Positions 38,491 to 49,028 of a stretch of DNA of 64,000 nucleotides are shown here, one piece after another (the stretch's first letter is position 1; every line of letters begins with the position of its first letter). The stretch covers positions 4,032,001 to 4,096,000 of the forward strand of contig OY782041.1 in NCBI GenBank assembly GCA_963677595.1, written 5' to 3'. This DNA comes from Spirochaetia bacterium. Lineage in GTDB: Bacteria > Spirochaetota > Spirochaetia > CAKZLE01. The position numbers and the translations under genes were made by a program. A model generated the notes under the pieces. That model was not told the origin of the DNA. It made no database searches and saw nothing but the letters and a program-made list of their open reading frames with translations.

Positions 38491-39933
38491 ATGAAGATCC
38501 TTATGATAACCAGTGAGGCTGTGCCTTTTATCAAGTCAGGCGGGTTGGCAGACGTAGTTACTGCGCTCTCCCACGAGCTGATCGAGCACGGCCATGACGT
38601 CCGTATGGTCCTCCCCTTCTATAAGGATATCACCTTATCAGGATCAGAACGGAGAACGGCTTCCTGCTCAGTCCCAATGGGCAGCGAGAGGGAGGAGTGC
38701 TCCCTCGTAGAGTACACCCTGGAGGGACTCCCCTGCTATTTTCTTGACTCACCGCTCTTCCGAGACCGGAAAGGGATCTACGGAGAGAGTACCCATGCAC
38801 CCTACCCTGACAACCTCTACCGGTATGCCATGTTCAACAAGGCCGTCATCGCGATGTGCGAGGAACTCGACTGGGTCCCTGACGTATTCCACTGCCATGA
38901 CTGGACCACCGGTTTCATCCCCTCCCTCATGAGGGGAACGGATTCCTGCTCCGCTTCGAAGAGCATCATGACGATACACAATCTCGGGTACCAGGGAGAC
39001 TTCTCAAAACACGAGATCAACATGATCGGGCTCTCTGCCGGTGAGGTCTTCACCGAGGAAGATATCGACTACTCGAGCAGGCTCAACATGCTCAAGATCG
39101 GGATCGAGCTTGCCGATGCGGTCACGACAGTCTCCCCGACCTACGCAAAGGAGATCCAGACCAAGGAGTTCGGGCATGATCTCGAAGGGATCCTTCAGAA
39201 GAAGCAGGATGTCCTCTACGGCATCCTTAATGGCATAGACTATACCGAATGGGATCCCGCTACCGATACTTACATACCCCACCAATTCTCTCTCGAGCGT
39301 GTCGGGGACAAGGACCTGAACAAGCGTGAACTCCAGAAGTACTGCGGGTTCCCGGTGAACCCCGCCCTTCCTGTCTTCGGCATGGTCTCCAGGATCGCCG
39401 ACCAGAAGGGGTTCAGGGAGCTGTGCAGCGGTTCCCCCTCCGTCCTTGAGCGGATGATCATGAACATGGATGCCCAGTTCGTGATCGTTGGGACCGGGGA
39501 CCGGGACATCGAGGAGTACCTCAAAGGCCTCTCGAGGACCTATGACAACTTCTCTGCCCAGATCGTCTTCAACAACTATATAGCCCACCTCGTCGAGGCG
39601 GGGTCTGACTTCTTCCTCATGCCGAGCCGCTACGAACCCTGCGGGCTCAACCAGATCTACTCCCTGAAATACGGGACGCTCCCGATCGTGAGGAAGACCG
39701 GCGGGCTCGCAGATACCATAGAACCGATGGATGGGGACTACACGACCGGGACAGGGTTCGTGTTCGACCAGATGTCCGGAGAAGCCATCTACGATGCGGT
39801 GGAGCAGGCCTACGCATTCTGGGGAAGCCCGAATGAGATCGTGACTGCCGCGAAGGTACGGGCTATGGGCAAATCGTTCACATGGAGACAGGCTGCAGAG
39901 GACTACTGCACTGTCTATAATAACGTGATATAG
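38491..39933 (+). CDS. glgA: Glycogen synthase
   Basis: KSGGLADV, HCHDW, TIHNLGYQG, QKG, MPSRYEPCGL. Confidence 0.96.
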   Translation: MKILMITSEAVPFIKSGGLADVVTALSHELIEHGHDVRMVLPFYKDITLSGSERRTASCSVPMGSEREECSLVEYTLEGLPCYFLDSPLFRDRKGIYGESTHAPYPDNLYRYAMFNKAVIAMCEELDWVPDVFHCHDWTTGFIPSLMRGTDSCSASKSIMTIHNLGYQGDFSKHEINMIGLSAGEVFTEEDIDYSSRLNMLKIGIELADAVTTVSPTYAKEIQTKEFGHDLEGILQKKQDVLYGILNGIDYTEWDPATDTYIPHQFSLERVGDKDLNKRELQKYCGFPVNPALPVFGMVSRIADQKGFRELCSGSPSVLERMIMNMDAQFVIVGTGDRDIEEYLKGLSRTYDNFSAQIVFNNYIAHLVEAGSDFFLMPSRYEPCGLNQIYSLKYGTLPIVRKTGGLADTIEPMDGDYTTGTGFVFDQMSGEAIYDAVEQAYAFWGSPNEIVTAAKVRAMGKSFTWRQAAEDYCTVYNNVI

Positions 39934-39945
39934 AGGGGAAACAAT

Positions 39946-41232
39946 ATGAATGACACATTGGCTATCGTTTTAGGTGGAGGAAAGGGGACGCGTCTATTCC
40001 CGCTTACGAAAGAGCGTTCGAAACCGGCAGTACCGTTCGGGGGGAAGTTCCGGCTCGTCGACATCCCGATCTCGAACTGCATCAACAGTGAACTGAAGAG
40101 GATCTACATCCTGACCCAGTTCAACTCCGCATCACTGCACAACCATATCTCGAACACCTACGTGTTCGACACCTTCTCCAAGGGATTCGTCGAGATCCTT
40201 GCAGCAGAGCAGACACCCCAGAGCGACACCTGGTACCAGGGGACCGCTGATGCTGTCAGGAAGAACATCCTCCATTTTCATGACCAGAACCCGAAATACT
40301 ATATCATCCTCTCCGGGGACCAACTCTACAGGATGGACTTCCGCGAGATGCTCAAGACACACCAGGAGTCAGGAGCGGAACTGACCATAGCGGCAAAACC
40401 GATCACCCGGACCCAGGCCACAGGCCTCGGCATCATGGGCACCGATGACTCAGGCCAGATCACCTCCTTCCTCGAGAAGCCTGCCCCGGACCTCGACATC
40501 TCTGAGATGAAGGTAAACCCCAAGCTCCTCGACGGCATCGTCCCCCCCAACAAGGTTCAGGAGAAGGAGTATCTTGCCTCCATGGGTATCTACATCTTCA
40601 ATGCCGAGACGATGGAGAAACTGCTCGACAATGACAAGACCGACTTCGGGAAGGAGATCATTCCCGGGTCGATCGAGGAGATCAAGGTCCAGTCCTACAT
40701 CTTCGACGGCTTCTGGGAAGATATCGGGACGATCAAGGCCTTCTATGACATCAACCTCAATATCGCATCGATCGCACCAGATTTCAACTTCTATGATGAG
40801 AAGATGCCGATCTACACCCACCGACGGCAGCTGCCTGCCACGAAGATGAACTTCTGCACCATCAGCCAGTCACTGGCCTCTGAGGGGTCGATCATCACCA
40901 ACACATCCATCGTCAATTCGGTCATCGGTGTGCGTACCCTCATCGAGTCCGGGGCGAACCTGGACGGGGTCTACAGCATGGGATCCAGTTATTATGAGGA
41001 CGACAAGCAGAAGGCTGAGAACCAGAAGAAGGGTATCCCGAACATCGGGATCGGTAGGGGAACGATCATCAGGAAGGCTATCATCGACCAGAACGCACGG
41101 ATCGGGGACGGCTGCCGGATCGGTATCGACAGCATGGAACGTGTCGATGGGGACTACGGACACTACTGGATCGTCGACGGGATCATCGTCATCCCGAAGA
41201 ACAGCATCATCCCCTCAGGTACGGTAATCTAA
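39946..41232 (+). CDS. glgC: Glucose-1-phosphate adenylyltransferase
   Basis: GGGKGTRLFPLT..RSKPAVPFGG, WYQGTADAV, ASMGIY, WEDIGT. Confidence 0.96.
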   Translation: MNDTLAIVLGGGKGTRLFPLTKERSKPAVPFGGKFRLVDIPISNCINSELKRIYILTQFNSASLHNHISNTYVFDTFSKGFVEILAAEQTPQSDTWYQGTADAVRKNILHFHDQNPKYYIILSGDQLYRMDFREMLKTHQESGAELTIAAKPITRTQATGLGIMGTDDSGQITSFLEKPAPDLDISEMKVNPKLLDGIVPPNKVQEKEYLASMGIYIFNAETMEKLLDNDKTDFGKEIIPGSIEEIKVQSYIFDGFWEDIGTIKAFYDINLNIASIAPDFNFYDEKMPIYTHRRQLPATKMNFCTISQSLASEGSIITNTSIVNSVIGVRTLIESGANLDGVYSMGSSYYEDDKQKAENQKKGIPNIGIGRGTIIRKAIIDQNARIGDGCRIGIDSMERVDGDYGHYWIVDGIIVIPKNSIIPSGTVI

Positions 41233-41648
41233 GCCTCAGGATAGGCCTCAGACAGGGCATCGAGTATTGCCCTGTCTGACCCAGCCATAGGGAGGCGGAA
41301 AAGCTCCTCCAGGGTCAGCCAAGAGACCTTCTGGTGCTCCGGCAGGCAGAATTCAGGATCTTCATCAACGAACTCCACCGCATAGGCAAGCAGCCCGTAG
41401 CTCTTGCCTTTATTCTTGAACGAACCCTCATACAGCAGGTTCCCGACCGTGATGTCGACGCAGAACTCCTCCTGGTACTCTCGGAGCAGGGTCTCCTCAG
41501 GCCGCTCATCGAGTCGGTTCTTCCCACCCGGGAACTCCCAGCTCTCCCCTATCGAGGTCCCGCTCCTGCGCAATGCCGCGAAGAACCGGTTCCCCCGGCG
41601 TGCGACCCCTGCCGTCGATATCCTGTCCACTTCAGATAAGTCCATCAT
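41229..41648 (-). CDS. NUDIX hydrolase (MutT-like)
   Basis: WEFPGGKNRLDERPEETLLREYQEE Nudix box. Confidence 0.88.
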   Translation of the reverse strand: MMDLSEVDRISTAGVARRGNRFFAALRRSGTSIGESWEFPGGKNRLDERPEETLLREYQEEFCVDITVGNLLYEGSFKNKGKSYGLLAYAVEFVDEDPEFCLPEHQKVSWLTLEELFRLPMAGSDRAILDALSEAYPEA

Positions 41649-41730
41649 TCACTCCCAAAAAAAGGCCCCCATCTCGAGAAGCGGGATGAGAACCTGTTTA
41701 CTTCAAAATCTCAGTTATAATCTTTTTCGT

Positions 41731-42192
41731 TTACAGCAGTACGGCACCGGGGAAGAGGAAATGGAAGAACGCTATGCCCATGATGACATAGCCGATGATC
41801 TTCTTGTTCTTGTAGTAGAACCCCTCCGCCTTGTCCACGATCTCCGACTCGAGGAATGCCTGGTCATCATCGAAGAGTTCCTCATCATCACCACTCTTCA
41901 CCTCTTTCCCAAGACTCTGCATCTCGAATCCGTAGAATACGGCAACCGCAAGTAGTGCGATCGCGGGGAAGAAGTCCCCGAGGACCACCGGGCCCGGGTC
42001 GATGGGACTGATCATCTTCAGGATGCCCGAGGCAGCCGTGAGGACGAGCAGGACGATCGCATTGGTCTGGTTGCTGAAGATGAGGTTGCGTAGCCGCTCG
42101 ATAGTGGGGAACCGCTCCCCATGCTCCTCGACCAGCAGGATCATAGCCCCGATGATCAGGAACAGTATTGTCAAGAAATAGAATTGAACCAT
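41731..42192 (-). CDS. Hypothetical membrane protein (4 TM)
   Basis: GGAG RBS; hydrophobic segments; ends FHFLFPGAVLL. Confidence 0.75.
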   Translation of the reverse strand: MVQFYFLTILFLIIGAMILLVEEHGERFPTIERLRNLIFSNQTNAIVLLVLTAASGILKMISPIDPGPVVLGDFFPAIALLAVAVFYGFEMQSLGKEVKSGDDEELFDDDQAFLESEIVDKAEGFYYKNKKIIGYVIMGIAFFHFLFPGAVLL

Positions 42193-42259
42193 TTGTTACT
42201 CCATATACTATAGAATCAGCTTAATCGAAAGGACTTCCCGGGTCAAGAGAATCATGGTT

Positions 42260-43747
42260 TTACGATCTCTTTTCGACCCGCTCCACTTCCTTCCCGATGT
42301 ATGCCAGCAACTCCTCCGAGATGAACGTCCCCCTGTCCTCACAGCAGGCGTTCCCTGCCGCCTGGTGGATCGTATTCCCAACAATCGCAGCCTCGAAGGG
42401 AGATTCTGCCCGCAGCACCATCGCGGAGACGATCCCGGATAGGACGTCGCCGGAACCGGCAGTCCCCATCTTCGGGTTCATCCCCTCTATGACGGCTATC
42501 GAGCCGTCGGGACCTGCGATGTAGTTGATGAACGACTTATAGAGGATCACGGCCCCGCGCTCGTTCGATACGCGTTGCAGCTCCCCATAGAGGTCACCAC
42601 TCTCCTCACCGGCAAGGGCACAGAATTCCCCGGGATGGGGAGTGAGGATCATCCCGCCTGAAGTTTTTCCTGTTTCCAGGCCTGCGAACAGCCTGATCGC
42701 GTCTGCATCGAGCACCACCGGGGTATCGCAGCGGAGGATCTCTCCCAGCTGCAGGGAGCGGTACTCACCGGTACCCCAGCCTGGTCCTGCAAGGATGGCA
42801 TCAAAACGGCTGAGCTCCCCCGCAGGGATGAGATCCCCCTCCTCTACCGGCTTCACGATCACCGAAGAGAGCTTCCCTGCCAGGATCGGGTAGATGTCCC
42901 GGTCGCAGAAGAGGGTCACCAGTCCCGCCCCTGCTCGCAGGGCTGCCTCTGACGCCAGGGCTGCAGCCCCGGTATAGCCTGCTGATCCCGCGAAGACGGC
43001 GATATGTCCCTTCCGGTTCTTATAGGCATCGGCTGGCAGTTCGGAAAGCATCGCCTCCTCGCCGAAGATGAGGTCCACCCCTGTATGGTACTCCTCGAGG
43101 AGTCCGGCCGGGAAGCCGGGATTGATGGTGATGATCTCCCCGCAGTGCATCCGCATCGCAGGCAGGTAGAAGAGCTGCTTGTTAAGCCCGAAGGTGACCG
43201 TCAGGTCAGCATTGAGGATGACGGAGCCCTCCTGCGCATAGTCGCCCATCCCGCTCGGTATATCGATCGCGACCATCGTGAGGTAATCGATCGAATTGAG
43301 ATACTCGATGATCTCAGTGGCCGCACCTTTCCGCAGGGGGCCCTGCAGCCCAGTGCCGGTGATTCCGTCGAACACGGTCTCGGAGCCGTTGATGAGATCC
43401 CTCCAGTCATCGTCCTCCCATGTGTATACCGGGAGCCCGAGCCTGCGGCAGATAGCCAGCTGCAGGGCAGCTGCCTCGCCGAGTTCTTCCTTGACGAGGA
43501 GGATCGAGACATCGATGAACCCCTGCATCGAGGCTTCCCTCGCCATGACCAGGGCATCCCCGCCGTTGTTGCCGCTCCCGGCAATGAAGAGGAGCGGTGT
43601 CTCAGGGTCTGTCTGTTCGAGCAGCTCCATGGCTGCATGGAACCCCTTGACCCCTGCCTGCTCCATCAGGACCAGCCCGGGGATGGCATACTCCTCCTGG
43701 GCCCGTCTGTCGATCTCCTGCATCTGCTGCGATGTTACCAGATTCAT
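42260..43747 (-). CDS. nnr: Bifunctional NAD(P)H-hydrate epimerase/dehydratase
   Basis: LMEQAG, GSGNNGGD, DIPSG, GPGWG, VLDADA, LTPHPGE, GSGDVLSG. Confidence 0.93.
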   Translation of the reverse strand: MNLVTSQQMQEIDRRAQEEYAIPGLVLMEQAGVKGFHAAMELLEQTDPETPLLFIAGSGNNGGDALVMAREASMQGFIDVSILLVKEELGEAAALQLAICRRLGLPVYTWEDDDWRDLINGSETVFDGITGTGLQGPLRKGAATEIIEYLNSIDYLTMVAIDIPSGMGDYAQEGSVILNADLTVTFGLNKQLFYLPAMRMHCGEIITINPGFPAGLLEEYHTGVDLIFGEEAMLSELPADAYKNRKGHIAVFAGSAGYTGAAALASEAALRAGAGLVTLFCDRDIYPILAGKLSSVIVKPVEEGDLIPAGELSRFDAILAGPGWGTGEYRSLQLGEILRCDTPVVLDADAIRLFAGLETGKTSGGMILTPHPGEFCALAGEESGDLYGELQRVSNERGAVILYKSFINYIAGPDGSIAVIEGMNPKMGTAGSGDVLSGIVSAMVLRAESPFEAAIVGNTIHQAAGNACCEDRGTFISEELLAYIGKEVERVEKRS

Positions 43748-44056
43748 AGTTACCCTCTCATCTCAAATACCCGTATCAGGTTAAAAGGTTACATGCTGTT
43801 GTATAGATCCCTCTGCATGGATACCCAGACCCGGTGGAGGACCTGCAACATGTTATAACCATAGCATGAAACTGTATTTCTTTCACGTACCCCGTTGGAT
43901 CACGACACGTACTTCTCCACAGAATGCCAGGGCAATCGCGTAAAAAGTAAACAAGGCCAATAAGCCCAGGATTTGAAGATTTCAGATTCTGGGCATTCTT
44001 ATCTGGATTAAAGTATATGGTTGTGCTACCATATACCTACGTGAAGGAGGCAACTC

Positions 44057-44629
44057 ATGGGAAGGTTTCCAGCATGGGCGGAGCGCCAGAAAAGAAAAGG
44101 GACGGTGATCAAGTCAGATGGCAAAGGTCACTACTCACTGTACAAGAACTCGTCGAAGCGAGTCCCGGGGAAGAAGAACCCGCAGCCTGTCCAGACGTAT
44201 ATCGGAGCCATCACCCCAGACGGGGTGATGGAGCGATTCGACATCAACAGACAGTCCAGCGGCATCAGGATATGGGAATACGGATTCTCGTATGCCCTGC
44301 AGGCGCTTGCCCCGCCCTCGTTCCTGAAGGATCTTGGATCAAAGGACCGGGCGATCTTAGTTCTGGGGTGCCTCATCGTTTCGGAATCGGATGAATCATA
44401 CTTGTACCGGAGCAGGAGCTCATGGTGTGACGGGTGTGACGGCACCTGCATCTCGCTCCAAAAGAAGAAGCTGGAACGGCTTATGGGGTTCCCCTTCGAG
44501 TATCTTGCACCGCTGAAGATGATACGACTTGCCGAGATTGGTGGCCAGTTGGTCATGACAGAGATAGGAGAGCTGCAGAAGCGAATCCTAGAAGAAACAG
44601 GAGTAGAACTGCCATGGGACATTCAGTAA
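44057..44629 (+). CDS. IS-borne accessory ORF, transposase N-terminal-like
   Basis: AAGGAGG RBS; 190 aa; basic N-terminal ...HYSLYKNSSKRVPGKKNPQPVQTYIGAIT; overlaps the transposase by 16 nt. Confidence 0.7.
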   Translation: MGRFPAWAERQKRKGTVIKSDGKGHYSLYKNSSKRVPGKKNPQPVQTYIGAITPDGVMERFDINRQSSGIRIWEYGFSYALQALAPPSFLKDLGSKDRAILVLGCLIVSESDESYLYRSRSSWCDGCDGTCISLQKKKLERLMGFPFEYLAPLKMIRLAEIGGQLVMTEIGELQKRILEETGVELPWDIQ

Positions 44630-45852
44630 AGAAACAACGAAGAGACGAGAGACAGCGAGCTGTTGAGGCATGGAGGATCAGCCTGCGGGAGGCCTTCTCC
44701 CGCATTCCCGACCCACGTGACGTGCGGGGTAAGCGGTACCGGCTTGATGACATTCTCATCCTGGCGACCTACGGGACCCTCTGGGGATTCACAGATTTCG
44801 TGAATATGTGTGCGGAGCTGGAATACCACCTGAACTATTTCCGGCAGTTGCTTGGGGTTGAGCGGATACCGTCACATGACTGTTTCTCGGCAACCTTCGC
44901 AGCGATAGACTCTGAACAGTTTATGACCTGTTTCATGGAATGGCTGTCCCAGATTCTGAGCTCGAGGGGCAAACACATCGCCATAGACGGCAAAGCCGTC
45001 AGAGCGGCCTGTGAGAAAGCCCACTCGAGCTACGTGCCGTACATCCTGAATGCTTTCCTGGTGGAGGAAGGCGTGCTGTTCAGCCAGATGCAGATCGATG
45101 CGAAGAAGAATGAGATTTCGACGATCCCGGAGTTCCTCGACTGGCTCGACCTCAATGATTCGATCGTTACTATCGATGCGATAGGGGCCCAGTACGAGAT
45201 TGCCGATAAGATCGTGGCCAAAGGCGGGGTGTATGTCCTGCCGGTGAAGCTGAACCAGCCGTCACTGCAGCAGGACATCAAAGAGTACCTGGAGAATTAT
45301 GGAGAGCCGGATTTCGATGACATCTCCTACCTGGAGACCGTCGACAAGGACCACGGGAGGATCGAAACCAGGAAATGCTACTACTCGGAGGATGTGTCCT
45401 GCCTCGAGTTCCAAGAGCACTGGGGCACGGTCAAGGCGATCGGTATGCTGGAACGACAGCGGATCGTGCTCAAGGATGCAGTCGATAAGAAAACCGGTGA
45501 GATCGTGAACGCCGATGAGGTGTCAGAGGAGCTGGTATGCTACATCATGAGCGCACCGCTTGGTGCTGAACAGTTCATGCACATCGCACGCGATCATTGG
45601 AAGATCGAGTTGTTCCATTTCTCTCTTGATACGTCCTACCTTGAGGATCGGTGCACCGCCAGGAAGGGGAATGCCATGCAGAACCTCTCCCTGCTGAGGA
45701 AGCTCGTGATGAACCTGACCAAGCTTGATGACGACCCAAAGATGGTGAAAAGCTCTCAGAAAGGCCGGCAGATCCATTACCGTCACAGCTATGCGTCCTG
45801 TGAGAAGCTGCTGTTCGGAATCCTCCCAAGAAGGTACCAGGATCTCTTGTAG
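44614..45852 (+). CDS. ISAs1-family DDE transposase
   Basis: IPDPR, IPSHD, IAIDGKAVR, KKNEI, IVTIDAIG, VKLNQ, HGRIETR, RDHWKIE. Confidence 0.95.
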   Translation: MGHSVKKQRRDERQRAVEAWRISLREAFSRIPDPRDVRGKRYRLDDILILATYGTLWGFTDFVNMCAELEYHLNYFRQLLGVERIPSHDCFSATFAAIDSEQFMTCFMEWLSQILSSRGKHIAIDGKAVRAACEKAHSSYVPYILNAFLVEEGVLFSQMQIDAKKNEISTIPEFLDWLDLNDSIVTIDAIGAQYEIADKIVAKGGVYVLPVKLNQPSLQQDIKEYLENYGEPDFDDISYLETVDKDHGRIETRKCYYSEDVSCLEFQEHWGTVKAIGMLERQRIVLKDAVDKKTGEIVNADEVSEELVCYIMSAPLGAEQFMHIARDHWKIELFHFSLDTSYLEDRCTARKGNAMQNLSLLRKLVMNLTKLDDDPKMVKSSQKGRQIHYRHSYASCEKLLFGILPRRYQDLL

Positions 45853-46214
45853 CGCTGTAGCCTGAACTTCACAACGTACGGCCAGACCCGGTTCTGCTAT
45901 GGAGCAGTTCCGGGTACCTGCGTCCGCCCAGCCCTGGATAACTCGGAGATCCTGGCAACAAGCTGAGGCATGAGGGGTCGCAATCGCAGCTACGACCTCT
46001 ATAAAGCCTATTTTGTCAATACCTTCACGCAATCCCTTTTAAGCGATTGCCTTGACAGAATGCCTCCTCCCATAGCGTACGGCATCACCGTTCTGAACCA
46101 AGGTAGAAGCTGCTGATTCCCGGTGCAACAATCCCTGCATTATATGGTATACTGAGCGCAGGTAATTTATTATATTATCACTGTACGTATAAATCTTCGA
46201 CAAGGATTCCAATC

Positions 46215-48938
46215 ATGGCCAAGAACATATTGAAAGCACTTTTCGGGACGAAGCAGGAGCACGACATGAAGCACCTCCTCCCGATCCTCCATACCATAAA
46301 CAGCAGGGAGAGTTGGGCAGTGGCTCTTCCCCAGCAGGATTTCCCCCTCCAGACGCAGAAACTCAAGGAACGGATCGCCCAGGGGGAGAGTCTCGAGGAA
46401 CTACTCCCTGATGCCTTCGCCCTCGTGCGAGAGGCAGCCAAGCGGGTCCTCGGGGAGCGGCTCTACGATGTCCAGATGCTCGGGGCGATCGTGCTCCACC
46501 AGGGAAAGATCATGGAGATGAAGACCGGTGAGGGGAAGACCCTCTCCTGCGTCCCCGCAGCTTACCTCAATGCGCTCAAGGGTGAGGGTGTGCACATCAT
46601 CACCGTCAATGACTACCTCGCCGAACGTGATGCCGACTGGATGAGGCCGATCTACACCTATCTCGGCCTCACAGTCGGGACGATCCTCTCCAATATGGAC
46701 AACGAGGTACGGCGGCAGTCCTACGGCTGCGACGTTACCTATGGGACGAACAACGAGTTCGGCTTCGATTACCTCAGGGACAACATGAAGTGGGATGCTA
46801 CACAGAAGATACAGCCGAAGCACTCCTACTGCATCATCGATGAGATCGACTCGATCCTCATAGATGAGGCGAGGACGCCGCTGATCATCTCCGGGCAGGC
46901 TGATGATGACACGAAGAAGTTCTTTGACGTGAACAGGATCGTCGACAGCCTCAAGGAGTGTGCGAAAGACCCCGAGACCGGTGATTACCCCGAAGAACCT
47001 GTCGGGGACTACCAGGTCGATGAGAAGGGAAAACGGGTCACCTTCACCAACGAGGGGATGAACTCGATCGAGGCACAGCTGCAGAAACGATCCATCATCA
47101 CCGGCTCACTCTTCAACGACGAGAACTTCGAGTATATCCACTACGTGACGCAGGCGGTGAAAGCACATACCCTCTTCAACATCGATGTCGATTATGTGGT
47201 CAAGGAGGGTCTCGTACAGATCGTCGATGAGTTCACCGGCCGTATCCTCTACGGACGCCGGTACTCTGATGGGCTGCACCAGGCGATCGAGGCGAAGGAA
47301 GGGATCAAGATCGCCAAGAGGAACCGGACGCTTGCCACGATCACCTACCAGAACTTCTTCAGGATGTACGGCAAGCTCTCGGGCATGACCGGTACCGCAG
47401 ACACCGAGGCAACCGAGTTCCAGAAGATCTACGGGCTCGAGGTCGTCGTCATACCGACGAACAGGCCCGTCGCGAGGAAGGATGAGCATGACCTCATCTA
47501 CTACAACGAGGCCTTCAAGTACCAGGCGATCTGTGATGAGATCGCCGAGAACAACCGGCGGGGACAGCCGATCCTCGTGGGAACGGTGTCGATCGAGAAG
47601 TCGGAGCTGCTTTCTGCTTTCCTGACGAAGCGCGGGATACGCCATGAGGTCCTCAACGCGAAGAACCATGCACGGGAGGCCCTGATCATCGCCGAAGCCG
47701 GGGCTAAGGGTTCGGTGACCATCGCGACCAACATGGCTGGTCGAGGTACCGATATCAAGCTCGGGGGGAACCCCGACTACCGGGCACGGAAGCGCTGCGG
47801 CACGGACGCGAGCGATGAGGAGTACCGCAAGGCCTACGACCTTGAGTACGGGAAGTGGAGAAAGGACTACCAGGAGGTCAAGGACCTCGGCGGGCTCTAT
47901 ATCATCGGGACCGAGCGGCACGAGTCGCGACGGATCGACAACCAGCTGCGCGGCCGTTCCGGCCGGCAGGGAGACCCGGGACGTTCCAGGTTCTACCTCT
48001 CGCTCGAGGATTCCCTCATGCGGCTCTTCGCGCGTGACAACGTCAAGGCGCTCATGGGCAGGATCGGCATGGCGAACGGGGAACCCATCTACCACTCCAT
48101 GATCACCAATTCCATCGAGAAGGCCCAGTCCAAGGTCGAGGAGCGCAACTTCGACATACGAAAGCACCTGCTCGACTATGACGATGTCCTCAACGAGCAG
48201 AGGAACTTCATCTACGGCCAGCGGGATGCCATCCTCTCCGATGATGACCTTGAGAAACGTGTCCTCTCAGCCTCGAAAGAGATCCTCGGGGACATCATGG
48301 AACAGGTGCTCGGCAGCACCAAGGACCCGGAAGCCGCCGTTCACCACCTTGAATCATTGGTTAGTGAGAATTTCCGCTTCAAGCCGGTAGTAGAGAGTAC
48401 CCACCTGAACACGAAGCATGCCGACCAGTTCGTCGACCAGATAACCGAACAGATGCAGGGCCCCTTCGAGGAGAAGATCGCCAAGATCGGGGCTGAGCGG
48501 TTCAACACCTTCCTCAGGTATGAGTACCTCAAGCAGATCGACACGAAGTGGCAGGATCACCTCGAGCAGCTCGAAGCCCTCAGGGAAGCGGTCTACCTTC
48601 GCTCCTACGCACAGAAGAACCCGCTGCTCGAGTACAAGCTCGAGGGCTTCGATATCTTCGATTCCATGCTCATCGAGATCAAGCACACCATCGCGAAGAT
48701 GGCCTTGAGGATACAGATCCAGGAGAAGACGACAGTAGGCAAGCGGGCCCCCCAGCAGAGGACTTCCGAGGTGCACCAGGATGTGATGCAGTTCGCACAG
48801 CAGCAGGCACAGAACAAGCAGGCTGGAGCCCCCGATGCGGCGACCGTGAAGCGGACCTACCCCAAGGTGGGAAGGAACGATCCCTGTCCCTGCGGGAGCG
48901 GCAAGAAGTACAAGCACTGCCACGGACGGGATGCCTGA
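46215..48938 (+). CDS. secA: Preprotein translocase ATPase SecA
   Basis: [39 protein letters not shown]-terminal [19 protein letters not shown]. Confidence 0.98.
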   Translation: MAKNILKALFGTKQEHDMKHLLPILHTINSRESWAVALPQQDFPLQTQKLKERIAQGESLEELLPDAFALVREAAKRVLGERLYDVQMLGAIVLHQGKIMEMKTGEGKTLSCVPAAYLNALKGEGVHIITVNDYLAERDADWMRPIYTYLGLTVGTILSNMDNEVRRQSYGCDVTYGTNNEFGFDYLRDNMKWDATQKIQPKHSYCIIDEIDSILIDEARTPLIISGQADDDTKKFFDVNRIVDSLKECAKDPETGDYPEEPVGDYQVDEKGKRVTFTNEGMNSIEAQLQKRSIITGSLFNDENFEYIHYVTQAVKAHTLFNIDVDYVVKEGLVQIVDEFTGRILYGRRYSDGLHQAIEAKEGIKIAKRNRTLATITYQNFFRMYGKLSGMTGTADTEATEFQKIYGLEVVVIPTNRPVARKDEHDLIYYNEAFKYQAICDEIAENNRRGQPILVGTVSIEKSELLSAFLTKRGIRHEVLNAKNHAREALIIAEAGAKGSVTIATNMAGRGTDIKLGGNPDYRARKRCGTDASDEEYRKAYDLEYGKWRKDYQEVKDLGGLYIIGTERHESRRIDNQLRGRSGRQGDPGRSRFYLSLEDSLMRLFARDNVKALMGRIGMANGEPIYHSMITNSIEKAQSKVEERNFDIRKHLLDYDDVLNEQRNFIYGQRDAILSDDDLEKRVLSASKEILGDIMEQVLGSTKDPEAAVHHLESLVSENFRFKPVVESTHLNTKHADQFVDQITEQMQGPFEEKIAKIGAERFNTFLRYEYLKQIDTKWQDHLEQLEALREAVYLRSYAQKNPLLEYKLEGFDIFDSMLIEIKHTIAKMALRIQIQEKTTVGKRAPQQRTSEVHQDVMQFAQQQAQNKQAGAPDAATVKRTYPKVGRNDPCPCGSGKKYKHCHGRDA

Positions 48939-48950
48939 CAGACGGTCACT

Positions 48951-48974
48951 GGACAGGGATAGGTATCCCTGTCC
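48951..48974. terminator. Hairpin between convergent secA and LysM gene
   Basis: GGACAGGGATA-gg-TATCCCTGTCC perfect inverted repeat. Confidence 0.65.
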
Positions 48975-49028
48975 TATAGGTCTGAGATTGGTCTGATCGA
49001 CTTAAACGTGTTTGAAGAAATCTGATCC

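Larger units (their letters stand above)
43928..46054 (+). mobile_element. ISAs1-family insertion sequence, 2127 bp, two ORFs
   Basis: IRL CAGGGCAATCGCGTAAAAAG vs IRR (reverse complement) CAAGGCAATCGCTTAAAAGG, 17/20 identical; 9-bp target duplication ACAGAATGC at 43919-43927 and 46055-46063. Confidence 0.93.
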
